A DNA stretch of 37,478 bases from Octopus bimaculoides (taxonomy: Eukaryota). Where the stretch lies: assembly GCF_001194135.2 (NCBI RefSeq), contig NC_068982.1, positions 117,351,558 to 117,389,035 of the forward strand, given 5' to 3'. The position numbers and the translations under genes were made by a program. The notes under the pieces were generated by a model, which saw nothing but the letters and a program-made list of their open reading frames with translations, made no database searches and was not told the DNA's origin. Positions 23,191 through 34,024 of this stretch are shown here, piece after piece (positions within the stretch are counted from its first letter, which is position 1; each line of letters opens with the position of its first letter).

Positions 23191-25079
23191 TGTTACGATT
23201 ATTATTTTCTATAGTCGTTGTAGCATAGTAATAGTAGAATCTCGATTTATTCCGTTATTGTGGTTTTAATATAGAATTTATTTATTTCTATTTAGATTAC
23301 ATATATTGGATATATTGATATATAAAATATATGAAGTTTTTTCGAATTTTAGGCAATAAAAATAAACTATAACTTGGAAATATATTCCGATATCTGTAAG
23401 AAGAAAATATGTTATGTTTGTTTTTTTGTTTTTATGAATTTAATGTCAGATAAATAGGTTCCTAATAAGAAAGTCGGAGATTGTAAGAGGTGAACCGAGC
23501 CTAGGCCGAATCTTTGGTTCGTATACTAGTTTTGATTAACGTTATTGCGTCTCAGATTTGTCAAAAGTTTTATTGAGAACTAAATAAAATGGTCGCTAAC
23601 AAAGATGTCAACACGTTTTGATAAATACAGGGCATTTGTACTCAGTTATAAGCAGCGAAATGAAATGAAAATAAAATGAATGTTGGTGACGGCGTGACAA
23701 AGTATAATTTCCTTGTTACACGGTTGTGTAAAGCAGTTCAAATACTTTTACAGCACATTCTGAGCGAATATATTCGTAATATAGGGCACCATATGCATGG
23801 GAGAATATTTAAGCAGTTCGATTCGCAATCTCGTGATACGTAGTTCGGTATCAATAAGTAGCAACTGGAGCATTGTTTTGTGCCTATTAAATGTGTGTAA
23901 CATAGTGCCGAGTATACTGAGGCTCTTCTTCGGCGGTAGATTTAATCATAAACTTGATTTAACATAAACATCTAGAAGTGGGTTCCTATAGTAGAATTCA
24001 CGTTGTTGCATAGATTCGAACTAGATCTCTGGTTTGAAGATAAGGTTTAACTACTGATTTATTCTTCGCGTTTCGTCACTGTCTTCAGAAGCCCTGGAAA
24101 AATATATGTAGGGGCTGCCCTTTTCCTTTGAGTAGACTCCTGACAATAGGTATCATCATCATTCACTTAACGAATATAAAATGATGCATACAATAGAGAA
24201 AAAAAGGATAAACTCCGTTTCAATACAAAGTGTTTTCTTAACTGTTTATATATAAACATTGTCATCTCATAAATCTGTTCTCTTGTCTTTAGTCCAAGAT
24301 TAGCCCTGCTTGAAGAACCTATGATAAATGTGTTTCTGACACCATCCTTTATTTTACTTCATATTCGTGCGATACAATTCAGATTTGTTACAGGCATATA
24401 TTCCAAAGTGTTCCAATAAAAGATTCGTATTTGATTTGAATACGCTGAATTCAAATATATGACAGATATTAAGACTGAATTTCTAATAGTTTGAGAGATC
24501 TCATGAAATTTGAATCAAATATATGTAAGTATAAATAATAATTTGTTTGCACAGTTTTACATCGATTCAAGAAATTCTAGCTCAGTTCATCTCTATAGAA
24601 TCACTTGATAAATATGACGTTACAAGCTATATTTATCTGAAAATATGCTGTCGGTTCAACTGAAGAATTAAATAAATTTTGATAGACTTTTTAAGAAACT
24701 GAGAAGAAACTCATGAATGTTACACTCTATTTGTTTTGGGGTCAGTAGACCTGATGCATATGCGTTGGGTTTAGCAACGCAAGCTTCCAGTTAAGTTCCT
24801 TTAGTGCAGAGTAGTCTTGTGTAAAACTTTATATCTCATAGTCATAATTTCATCTTCACGTCAATGTTCTCCCTTTCCCCAGAAGATTCTAGCCTCAATG
24901 AAAACACGATAGCAAAGTCAACACGATAATTCAACCTATAGACCTAATACATAGCAATCAATAAATCTCAATTACAACTTGAATTCATCTGCAAAAAACA
25001 GAAGGTTCTACACAACCATACTAAATTCCACTCGGCAGCCAACATAGCAAATTCAATCCAAATTCAAATAGTCAGAGAT

Positions 25080-25280
25080 ACTGAGAAATATATACAAGCT
25101 CAAGGAAAATGTGTATGACATAAAGCTCACGCATTACATCTACAAGAATAATGAAAATTAGAACTGTCACCGTATTTGTATGCCGAACAAATGATCTACA
25201 AATATCGAGAGCAGACACAAATAATTACAGAAACAGTTTTAAAACAACCTATTCCAACATACTGCTTCATTGGAAAAGAT
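25080..25280 (+). mobile_element. Probable very decayed Penelope-like element remnant (GIY-YIG region)
   Basis: With frameshifts, 25227-25272 gives TETV-FKQ-YSN-HTAS(F), resembling the Penelope GIY-YIG G.TE..FK.RY.NH..SF motif. Upstream DIKL....KN resembles the N.IKLSYSC..N motif. Heavily degenerate. Confidence 0.4.
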
Positions 25281-28200
25281 GATCATGTCATTAAGTTGTC
25301 TTTTCTATCTTCTTTTACTTTTTCTCTAGCAAATCCATAATCGCACTTTCTTTTTCTCCTCTTTCTCCTCCCCTACATCCCTATCTCTGTATTTCTGTAC
25401 TTTCTGTATTTTGAGATCTTGTATTGATGCCCATGTGTGTGTACACATATTTATGTCTGTATAAGCACCAATGCACCAACATAAACTTACCTAGTTGTAT
25501 GTTAAGACATACATAATTGCGTCTCAACAACATGTTCGGACAGATAACGACTTTGTGTATGTTAATGTCTAGTCGCCCTTCCTCTTCACCTTCATTTCGC
25601 ATGTGCGTTTAAGCATAAATAATACATTTTAATATTAGGCCTCCAAACGTCAGCATTTTCTACTCTTTATTACGAAAGAATTTGTTGCCAATAAACTACG
25701 TTCTGGATGAATCGGCGGAGACTCTCAGTAATTTTCTCAGACTCTTGGTTGTAATATCTAACGGCATTCCCATCTGTAAAACATGTCATGGAATTTTCAA
25801 ACATCGAAATGCAGATTTCGTATCGTTTTGCGTTTCACTTCTCCACTTCAGATATTCACTTCGCCATTTTGACTGTCAAATATATAGTACACAATAAGTG
25901 TATTCCTGTTTATCCACACTAAGAAGGAAGCCAATATGCAGTCTCTCCACTTTCGAAATACCCCTTATTCGAACACACTCCATTGTAGAAATAGGAGCTC
26001 TGTAAATAGCGCGTTATGGCTGCAAAATATCTGAATACAACACAAATTGTCACACATGCAACGCCAATAAATATATAATTGCTCACTCACAGTTTAGCTG
26101 GAGCAAGTGAATAAAATTAAAACAACACTACAAACGCAAATTTTATATTGTCCAATCTTTCATATTTTCTAATTTTGTTTATTCTATAATCGTTTAAATC
26201 ATGATTTTCACCTTCTTTTTTTAGTCCTCAATATTCCTTCTTTGATGCTTTTTATTTTTCCTTTTTATCTGTATTTCCAAATGTGTAATCACATAGATAC
26301 ACTTACACAAATGCAGACCAATACGTACATCAACATTCATCCACACATATAAACGTAGACACATACATACATACATACATACATACATACATGCCTACAT
26401 ACATATATACATACATATTATATGCGGGTATGTATNNNNNNNNNNNNNNNNNNNNNNNNNNNNNNNNNNNNNNNNNNNNNNNNNNNNNNNNNNNNNNNNN
26501 NNNNNNNNNNNNNNNNNNNNNNNNNNNNNNNNNNNNNNNNNNNNNNNNNNNNNNNNNNNNNNNNNNNNNNNNNNNNNNNNNNNNNNNNNNNNNNNNNNNN
26601 NNNNNNNNNNNNNNNNNNNNNNNNNNNNNNNNNNNNNNNNNNNNNNNNNNNNNNNNNNNNNNNNNNNNNNNNNNNNNNNNNNNNNNNNNNNNNNNNNNNN
26701 NNNNNNNNNNNNNNNNNNNNNNNNNNNNNNNNNNNNNNNNNNNNNNNNNNNNNNNNNNNNNNNNNNNNNNNNNNNNNNNNNNNNNNNNNNNNNNNNNNNN
26801 NNNNNNNNNNNNNNNNNNNNNNNNNNNNNNNNNNNNNNNNNNNNNNNNNNNNNNNNNNNNNNNNNNNNNNNNNNNNNNNNNNNNNNNNNNNNNNNNNNNN
26901 NNNNNNNNNNNNNNNNNNNNNNNNNNNNNNNNNNNNNNNNNNNNNNNNNNNNNNNNNNNNNNNNNNNNNNNNNNNNNNNNNNNNNNNNNNNNNNNNNNNN
27001 NNNNNNNNNNNNNNNNNNNNNNNNNTATATATATATATATATATATCACTAACTTTAATGCATGTGCTAATCGTATTTTGTGAAATCCATGCAGAAACCT
27101 TATACCAAGGCATTTAAATATGGTGCTTGAAAATAGATTAGACTTTTAAGTCGGTTACTGTAGTGGAAACCAAGCTTCATTTATTCATAGAAGAATTAAA
27201 TGCAGCCCAAGAGGTAAAACTAAAAACAAAAATGCTTCCCTTTTGTTTTGTTGCTGCTTAAATATGATGTTTAAAGTTGAGAGGCGTTTGAAGTTAGATT
27301 GAAACGATGGATGTTATAAAATGAATATCTACTATACCACTATAAACATATACAAATACAACTTCTCGCGAAGAAAGAACAAAAATAAAATTTTTAAATT
27401 ATGAAAGTGCATGTATATTTGGAGAGCATTACTCGTTTGAGGTACGTGTATGAGACGTTTAACTCTGCATTAATAATGTGATGTTAGGCAAGGGGAATAT
27501 TGCTAGGAGAGAATAGAGATAAAAGAAAGAAGGGAAGTCTACCACACTGCTGGGATATTTGAAAGCAAAATCTGAAACGTATGCTGAATTTAAAATATGT
27601 ATTCTATTTATTGTATTATAACGACTAACGATGGCTGGATTTTCAACGATGTCACTGATTTTCTTTCATTGGCCCCCTAGTCTTCTTTCTTCGTCTATTT
27701 GTGTGATGATATCTGTTGTATGTTTGTTTATTTGTCTTTATGCATGTAAAAAAACACACACACACATAAGGGTACATGTATACATATACATGTATATATA
27801 TACATGTATATATANNNNNNNNNNNNNNNNNNNNNNNNNNNNNNNNNNNNNNNNNNNNNNNNNNNNNNNNNNNNNNNNNNNNNNNNNNNNNNNNNNNNNN
27901 NNNNNNNNNNNNNNNNNNNNNNNNTATATATATATACATGGGTGTTGATACATACATATATATACATATATATGTACACATATATGTACATATATGCACA
28001 TATGCCTATATATATGCATATATATGTATATATATTTGTGTGTATGCGTATACGTACATCAATACATGCATACATACATACATATATACATACATACATA
28101 CATACATACATACATGATGGGACTTAATACAGAAGTAATATCTCTATGCCGATGTTTTAAGAGAATTCACGTGAGACTTCTTTCTAATATGTTTCATTTA

Positions 28201-28813
28201 CGTTAGCCTTGTTCTACACTTCCGATTATTTTTCACTGTGCCACTTCCTTCTGAAGTGAAACACTCACTGAATTGTGGAATGTTGCTTCAAATTTCCTAA
28301 TATTGTATATGTAGTGTTTTTCCTAGTTTATGTCTCCCCTGATAGACCGACAAACTTATGTTTTTGTTAGTTGATTTTCTACATTCATATATACGAATTA
28401 CGAACAGTGATATGAAATGAAAATATTTCTAATTTCTTGAAACTGAGTGACTTGCAGCCATTTATCTCTGGAGTGTATTTTTACACAAAAGTTTTACTAA
28501 TGCTGTAGTGAATAGATATAAATATACAATTCTGTGTATTCTATAGTCAACTACATCAGCTACAGAATAACCAAAATACATTCTCCCTACACTGCCTGTG
28601 ACTATGATAAATTCAACCATAATATCATTTAGAAGTTATTGAGACTTTATGTGGCATCCGTTGCTTGGATTTGTAGAGAAAAATGTTTCGTACTGCGTTT
28701 ATAATCACACTTTCATCCCAATAATTTGATGAGAAATCTAAGGTAAGCCAATATAAACTGATTAGGGTGCGAGAACTCAGATGGACAAAACTGAGAACTG
28801 CCTCACATATATA

Positions 28814-30072
28814 TTAATTTGTCAAGAAAGTTCTTGCGGTTTTTAACCTATAAATCCAGATGCACATATCTCGGTTCAAGCAAAACTCTATTAATCGAAA
28901 TAAACATCATCAGAATGAACACAGTTTTGCCAACGCAAAACGATTTTATTTATACCAAGTTTATTTATGCAAGTCGTTGAAGGCGTTTTTGGCATCATCT
29001 TGGTTTTTGAAGCAATTCTCACACAGGAAGTTGTCGAGATGCTTGAAAAAATGGTAGTCGGTAGGGGTGAGGTCTGGCGAGTATGGCGGATGAGGCCGAG
29101 AGTCGTTGCCCAATTCATTCAACATCTCAGGGTCAGTTGTGCCACGTGTGGCCGAGCGTTGTCGGGGAGAAAAATTGGTCTTTCCTGTTGACCAATATTG
29201 TCTGTTGTTGTTGGAGTTTCTTATGCATTTCATCCATTTGCTGACAGTACTTCTCCGCCGTAATGGTTTCGCCTGGATCCAGACGACTGTGATGGAAGAC
29301 ACCGGCCGCAGACCACCAAACAGTCACTATGGCTTTCTTTTAGTGCAGCTTTGGCTTCGGGAATTGCCGTGGACCTTCGTCGGCGTCCAATCACTGAGCT
29401 GAACGTCACCGTTGTCGCACAGAATCCACTTTTCATCACAAGTCACAATCCGGTCGACAAGCGGGTCGTTCTTGTTGCGTAAAAGAAAGAAAGACGACAC
29501 TTCAAAATGGCGTTTTATTTTGGTTGTCGTTCAATTCAGGCGGCACCAATTTCTGAAGTATTTTTGCTTTTCCAATCTCTTTCAAGTGATTGGAAATTAT
29601 CTTATATGTTACGTATAATTCAGAAGCAAGCAGTCAAACTGGGCGTGGATTGGCTTCGACTAAGGCTCTTAGCTGATCGTTGTCAACGTCTGATGGCCGA
29701 CCACTACGTTTATTATCATCAAGACTCTCGTCACCACTACAAAATTTCTTGAACCACCATTGTGCTGTGTGTTCATTAGTGATTCCTGGGCCAAAGGTAT
29801 CGTTGATATCGCGAGCTATTTCAGCAGCTTTTCGGCTTAGCTTGAACTGGAATAAGAAAATTGTGTGAATTTGCTTTTTGTCCATTTTGTATTCAACGTT
29901 CCGGAAAAAATGGCCTAATTATTCAAAAAGAAAAAGAATAACACGGTTAGATAGAGCAAATTCGGGTTTTAAAGCATATATAATGTCAAAGTATTTTAAC
30001 GACAAATAAGTTGAAAATACCTCATTTAAAACCAAAATTAAAAATTCCGCAAGTAGTTTCTTGACAACCTAA
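28814..30072 (-). mobile_element. Full-length (~1.26 kb) defective mariner DNA transposon, cecropia/Hsmar1-like
   Basis: Left TIR TTAATTTGTCAAGAAAGTTCTTGCGGTTTTT (from 28814, preceded by TA). Right TIR, reverse-complemented, TTAGGTTGTCAAGAAACTACTTGCGGAATTTT (to 30072). A transposase pseudogene lies between them. Confidence 0.92.
28891..29885 (-). pseudogene. Mariner DD34D transposase pseudogene
   Basis: MDKKQIHTIFLFQFK..FGPG..QWWFKKFCSGDESL..RSGRPSDVDNDQLRAL (HTH), LVPPEL (WVPHEL equivalent), VTVWWSAAG, ETITAEKYCQQMDEMH, HPPYSPDLTPTDYHFFKHLDNFL, RWQNCVHSDDVYFD*. Several stops and frameshifts. Confidence 0.92.
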
Positions 30073-30186
30073 AATATATGTATACATATTTGCACAAATA
30101 CACACAGACACATAGACGCACACATACACACACACGAACAAACACACACACACAAACACACACATACCCTCCCCCCACACACACCA

Positions 30187-30373
30187 CATGTGTATCGTTG
30201 GCGATTTTTTTCTCCGTCTTCCCTTTGGACATGTTCTATATTTCTGATGAAGAGCTCCGCTCGAAACGTGAAGTACTCTTTCTTTCCTTTCCCTTTCAGA
30301 GCGTCCAATAACACTTGTACTTATTCCACGTCCTTGCGTTGTTTTTCTTCCTTGGTCATGTTTTGGATTGTCT
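30187..30373 (+). repeat. ~185-bp dispersed repeat, copy 1 (Penelope pLTR-like or non-autonomous), containing a hammerhead-like core
   Basis: Colinear with the reverse complement of 32797-32975: ATCG(T/G)TGGCGATTTTTT..CTCCGT(C/T)TTCCC..GAAGAGCTCCGCTCGAAA..TTTCCTTTCCC..CGTC..TAACAC..ACGTCCT..GTTG. Confidence 0.8.
30241..30273 (+). ncRNA. Minimal type-I hammerhead-ribozyme-like motif (probably inactive copy)
   Basis: TTT-CTGATGA-A-GAGC-TCC-GCTC-GAAA-C-GTG-AAG: conserved core boxes, a 4-bp stem II, a self-complementary ACGT stem III and a 3-bp stem I. The cleavage triplet is GUG (non-canonical), and there is one extra A after CUGAUGA. Confidence 0.5.
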
Positions 30374-31166
30374 CCCTCTATATGTATATGTATANNNNNN
30401 NNNNNNNNNNNNNNNNNNNNNNNNNNNNNNNNNNNNNNNNNNNNNNNNNNNNNNNNNNNNNNNNNNNNNNNNNNNNNNNNNNNNNNNNNNNNNNNNNNNN
30501 NNNNNNNNNNNNNNNNNNNNNNNNNNNNNNNNNNNNNNNNNNNNNNNNNNNNNNNNNNNNNNNNNNNNNNNNNNNNNNNNNNNNNNNNNNNNNNNNNNNN
30601 NNNNNNNNNNNNNNNNNNNNNNNNNNNNNNNNNNNNNNNNNNNNNNNNNNNNNNNNNNNNNNNNNNNNNNNNNNNNNNNNNNNNNNNNNNNNNNNNNNNN
30701 NNNNNNNNNNNNNNNNNNNNNNNNNNNNNNNNNNNNNNNNNNNNNNNNNNNNNNNNNNNNNNNNNNNNNNNNNNNNNNNNNNNNNNNNNNNNNNNNNNNN
30801 NNNNNNNNNNNNNNNNTATACACAAAGACACAGATTTATATATATGGAAAGAAAGAGGGATATAAGAGGGAGAGAGAGAGTGAGAAACAAACAGTGGGGC
30901 TTCTAATGAATTCAGTCAAATGATTACACTTTTTTTTAAATGATAATTTTTCAATTGTAAGTTTTTCATAAAAGTATGTAGGCAAATAAAAATGCAAAAT
31001 AAGAGACAGTAAATGAAATATATGAAAAAAATAATTCTTTTGTACTTTTTTTATTATAAATTTCGTATGATGCTGAAATATGTGGGAATATTACAAAATT
31101 TATAAAAATGTTTTCACGTGTGTCGCTAATCACAGTAATATGTGTGTGTGTGCTTGTATGTGTACA

Positions 31167-31221
<55 letters not shown>

Positions 31222-31390
31222 GTATATATATATACATTTACGTATGTCTGTTTGTGCGTATTGTGTGCGTGTATTTTTGTATATTTTCTTGTTGCAATAG
31301 ACTGTTTTATTTTACTTTGCTTTTTCACTGTAATGGCAGATGTTAAATAACTTTATGCACCCGGAGGGTAGACAGTCCAGATTTGTCATA

Positions 31391-31428
<38 letters not shown>

Positions 31429-32334
31429 TATGTCAAATTTGGACTGTATATATATATATATATANNNNNNNNNNNNNNNNNNNNNNNNNNNNNNNNNNNN
31501 NNNNNNNNNNNNNNNNNNNNNNNNNNNNNNNNNNNNNNNNNNNNNNNNNNNNNNNNNNNNNNNNNNNNNNNNNNNNNNNNNNNNNNNNNNNNNNNNNNNN
31601 NNNNNNNNNNNNNNNNNNNNNNNNNNNNNNNNNNNNNNNNNNNNNNNNNNNNNNNNNNNNNNNNNNNNNNNNNNNNNNNNNNNNNNNNNNNNNNNNNNNN
31701 NNNNNNNNNNNNNNNNNNNNNNNNNNNNNNNNNNNNNNNNNNNNNNNNNNNNNNNNNNNNNNNNNNNNNNNNNNNNNNNNNNNNNNNNNNNNNNNNNNNN
31801 NNNNNNNNNNNNNNNNNNNNNNNNNNNNNNNNNNNNNNNNNNNNNNNNNNNNNNNNNNNNNNNNNNNNNNNNNNNNNNNNNNNNNNNNNNNNNNNNNNNN
31901 NNNNNNNNNNNNNNNNNNNNNNNNNNNNNNNNNNNNNNNNNNNNNNNNNNNNNNNNNNNNNNNNNNNNNNNNNNNNNNNNNNNNNNNNNNNNNNNNNNNN
32001 NNNNNNNNNNNNNNNNNNNNNNNNNNNNNNNNNNNNNNNNNNNNNNNNNNNNNNNNNNNNNNNNNNNNNNNNNNNNNNNNNNNNNNNNNNNNNNNNNNNN
32101 NNNNNNNNNNNNNNNNNNNNNNNNNNNNNNNNNNNNNNNNNNNNNNNNNNNNNNNNNNNNNNNNNNNNNNNNNNNNNNNNNNNNNNNNNNNNNNNNNNNN
32201 NNNNNNNNNNNNNNNNNNNNNNNNNNNNNNNNNNNNNNNNNNNNNNNNNNNNNNNNNNNNNNNNNNNNNNNNNNNNNNNNNNNNNNNNNNNNNNNNNNNN
32301 NNNNNNNNNNNNNNNNNNNNNNNNNNNNNNNNNC

Positions 32335-32775
32335 CTTAGCCGCTTTGTCTCCCTCTTCCACTTTTTGATTTTTTTTTTTTAGACGCTTGGCAAACACTCT
32401 GTTTCTCCCCTTGTCACAAACACACTATTTCTTTCTTTCTCTCTTTCTTCTTTCTCTCTCTCTCTTTCTTTCTTTCTCTCTCTTTCTTTCTTTCTCCCTC
32501 TCTTTCTTTCTTGCTCTCTCTCTCTCCTTCACGCGCGTACGAACAGATTTGACTTCGCCATGTCAACAAACTTCAAAATTGGTAAAAGTTTATCGATTTT
32601 TACAGCTATACGCGGGTGCCTCTGTGAGAAAAAGTTGACAAAAACACAGATAGGGTTATGAACAATGTCCTCCTAAAATTGGAGCGACATGCGTGCTAAT
32701 TTGTGGACGTGCATAACCCACATCACGTACACACACACACACACACACAAACATCTTGTGTTTTATAGATATTGA
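32335..32775 (-). mobile_element. Probable non-autonomous Helitron-like element (5' terminus), running left into an N gap
   Basis: The right end TGTGTTTTATAGATATTGA|T approximates the TTTTATATATATAGA|T end (5'-TC, A/T target) of non-autonomous Helitrons. It is preceded by a (CA)n tract and a CT-rich tract. Confidence 0.4.
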
Positions 32776-32796
32776 TATAGTTAAAAAAAAGGAAAA

Positions 32797-32975
32797 AGAC
32801 AAAAAAACAATAACAAAAAACAACAACTTGAGGACGTTATACAGATAGTGTTACTAGACGGTCGGGAAAGGAAAGAGAGAGAATATGACGTTTTCGAGCG
32901 GAGCTCTTCGTCGGAAACGAGGAAAGTTCAAAGATGGGAAAACGGAGGAAGAAAAAATCGCCACCGATGTCCACG
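32797..32975 (-). repeat. ~185-bp dispersed repeat, copy 2, inverted relative to copy 1
   Basis: The reverse complement aligns along its length with 30187-30373. Confidence 0.8.
32884..32917 (-). ncRNA. Minimal hammerhead-like motif, copy 2
   Basis: Minus strand TTT-CCGACGA-A-GAGC-TCC-GCTC-GAAA-A-C-GTC-ATA: stem II identical to copy 1 and a GUC triplet, but a U4C change in the core and an extra A after GAAA. Confidence 0.45.
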
Positions 32976-33689
32976 AGGTTATATATCTTACATATTAAAA
33001 CTGAAAATATCAGTCTGTGTGTGTATGCGTGTGTGTATCGGTATGTTCTCGTTTTGCGACAAAACGGCTATACCGATTCTTGTTAAACTTCACACGCACA
33101 TATGTCTCGGGAAGCTTTAAGTATAAATTAATTTCCAAAAAATGCTCGGGTAAACGGTGGGGAGAATAACATTTGGGCGCGAGTGAACGGTGGGAGTAAT
33201 CATTTTTAAGCTTCTAAGGGGAATAACCCAGTCCCTCCTGGAAATAACTACCTAGGAAAACAACTCATTCATTTTAAGTATACTTATTTCTTAGTGTTTC
33301 AACAATTTTAGTTATTTTCTTAATTTATCCAATATAATGCTGAAACAGTTAAATTGTATTCTCATAAACAATAGATCCACTTATTTCGCTTAGTGACATA
33401 TTTACGAATATACCAACAGTAGCGCTGCTGAAGCTAACACTCTCTGGGAATTCACAAAAGCCTTTTTCCACAGTTAATTACTTTGAATTGTTATTATCTT
33501 ATATCTGATTAGCGTGTTATTGCGTAACATGTTTCACGATTTTAATATACATAACTTATTAGTATTTCCTCCTAAAATCTATATACTCTGGGAACGTATT
33601 TAAGCCTTTTTCGGGCCTACTTTATTTCAATTCTTACTAAAGGGTAATTATTATATAATTGACTTCACAATTAGGGTATTCATAACTTA

Positions 33690-33829
33690 CTAGCAACGAT
33701 ACCCGGTCTGGCTCGGGATTAAAATTGCATGGGCTTTTCTATTGTTTCAGTCATGTAACTCCAACATCGGTTGTCAAGCAATGGTATGTGCACAATAACA
33801 AATATATATACACATACAAATATACACAG

Positions 33830-33830
<1 letters not shown>
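33690..33830 (-). mobile_element. Helitron-like 3' terminus
   Basis: Minus strand: imperfect GC hairpin CCCGAGCCAGACCGGG (33702-33717), an 8-nt spacer, then CTAG|T (33690-33693). This is the canonical Helitron 3' end. The right boundary is uncertain. Confidence 0.55.
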
Positions 33831-33877
<47 letters not shown>

Positions 33878-34024
33878 GTATATGTATATATTTTATTTAT
33901 TTATTTATGGGTTTCAGCCAAGTGGCTGCGGTCATGCTGGAGCACCACCGTGATTTTCCGTCTTTATGCTTTGCTCTCTTCACGTTCCTTGCATGGCTCT
34001 TCTCCTCCACCTGATATAGTCCAA

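Noticed and set aside
23810-24050. Two facing B-box-like motifs (GTTCGATTC at about 23816; GTTCGAATC on the minus strand at about 24013)
   Set aside because: Too degenerate to assign to a tRNA or SINE, with no supporting A-box or body.
26330-32397. Long ORFs of 150-360 aa
   Set aside because: They are open only because N gaps contain no stop codons.
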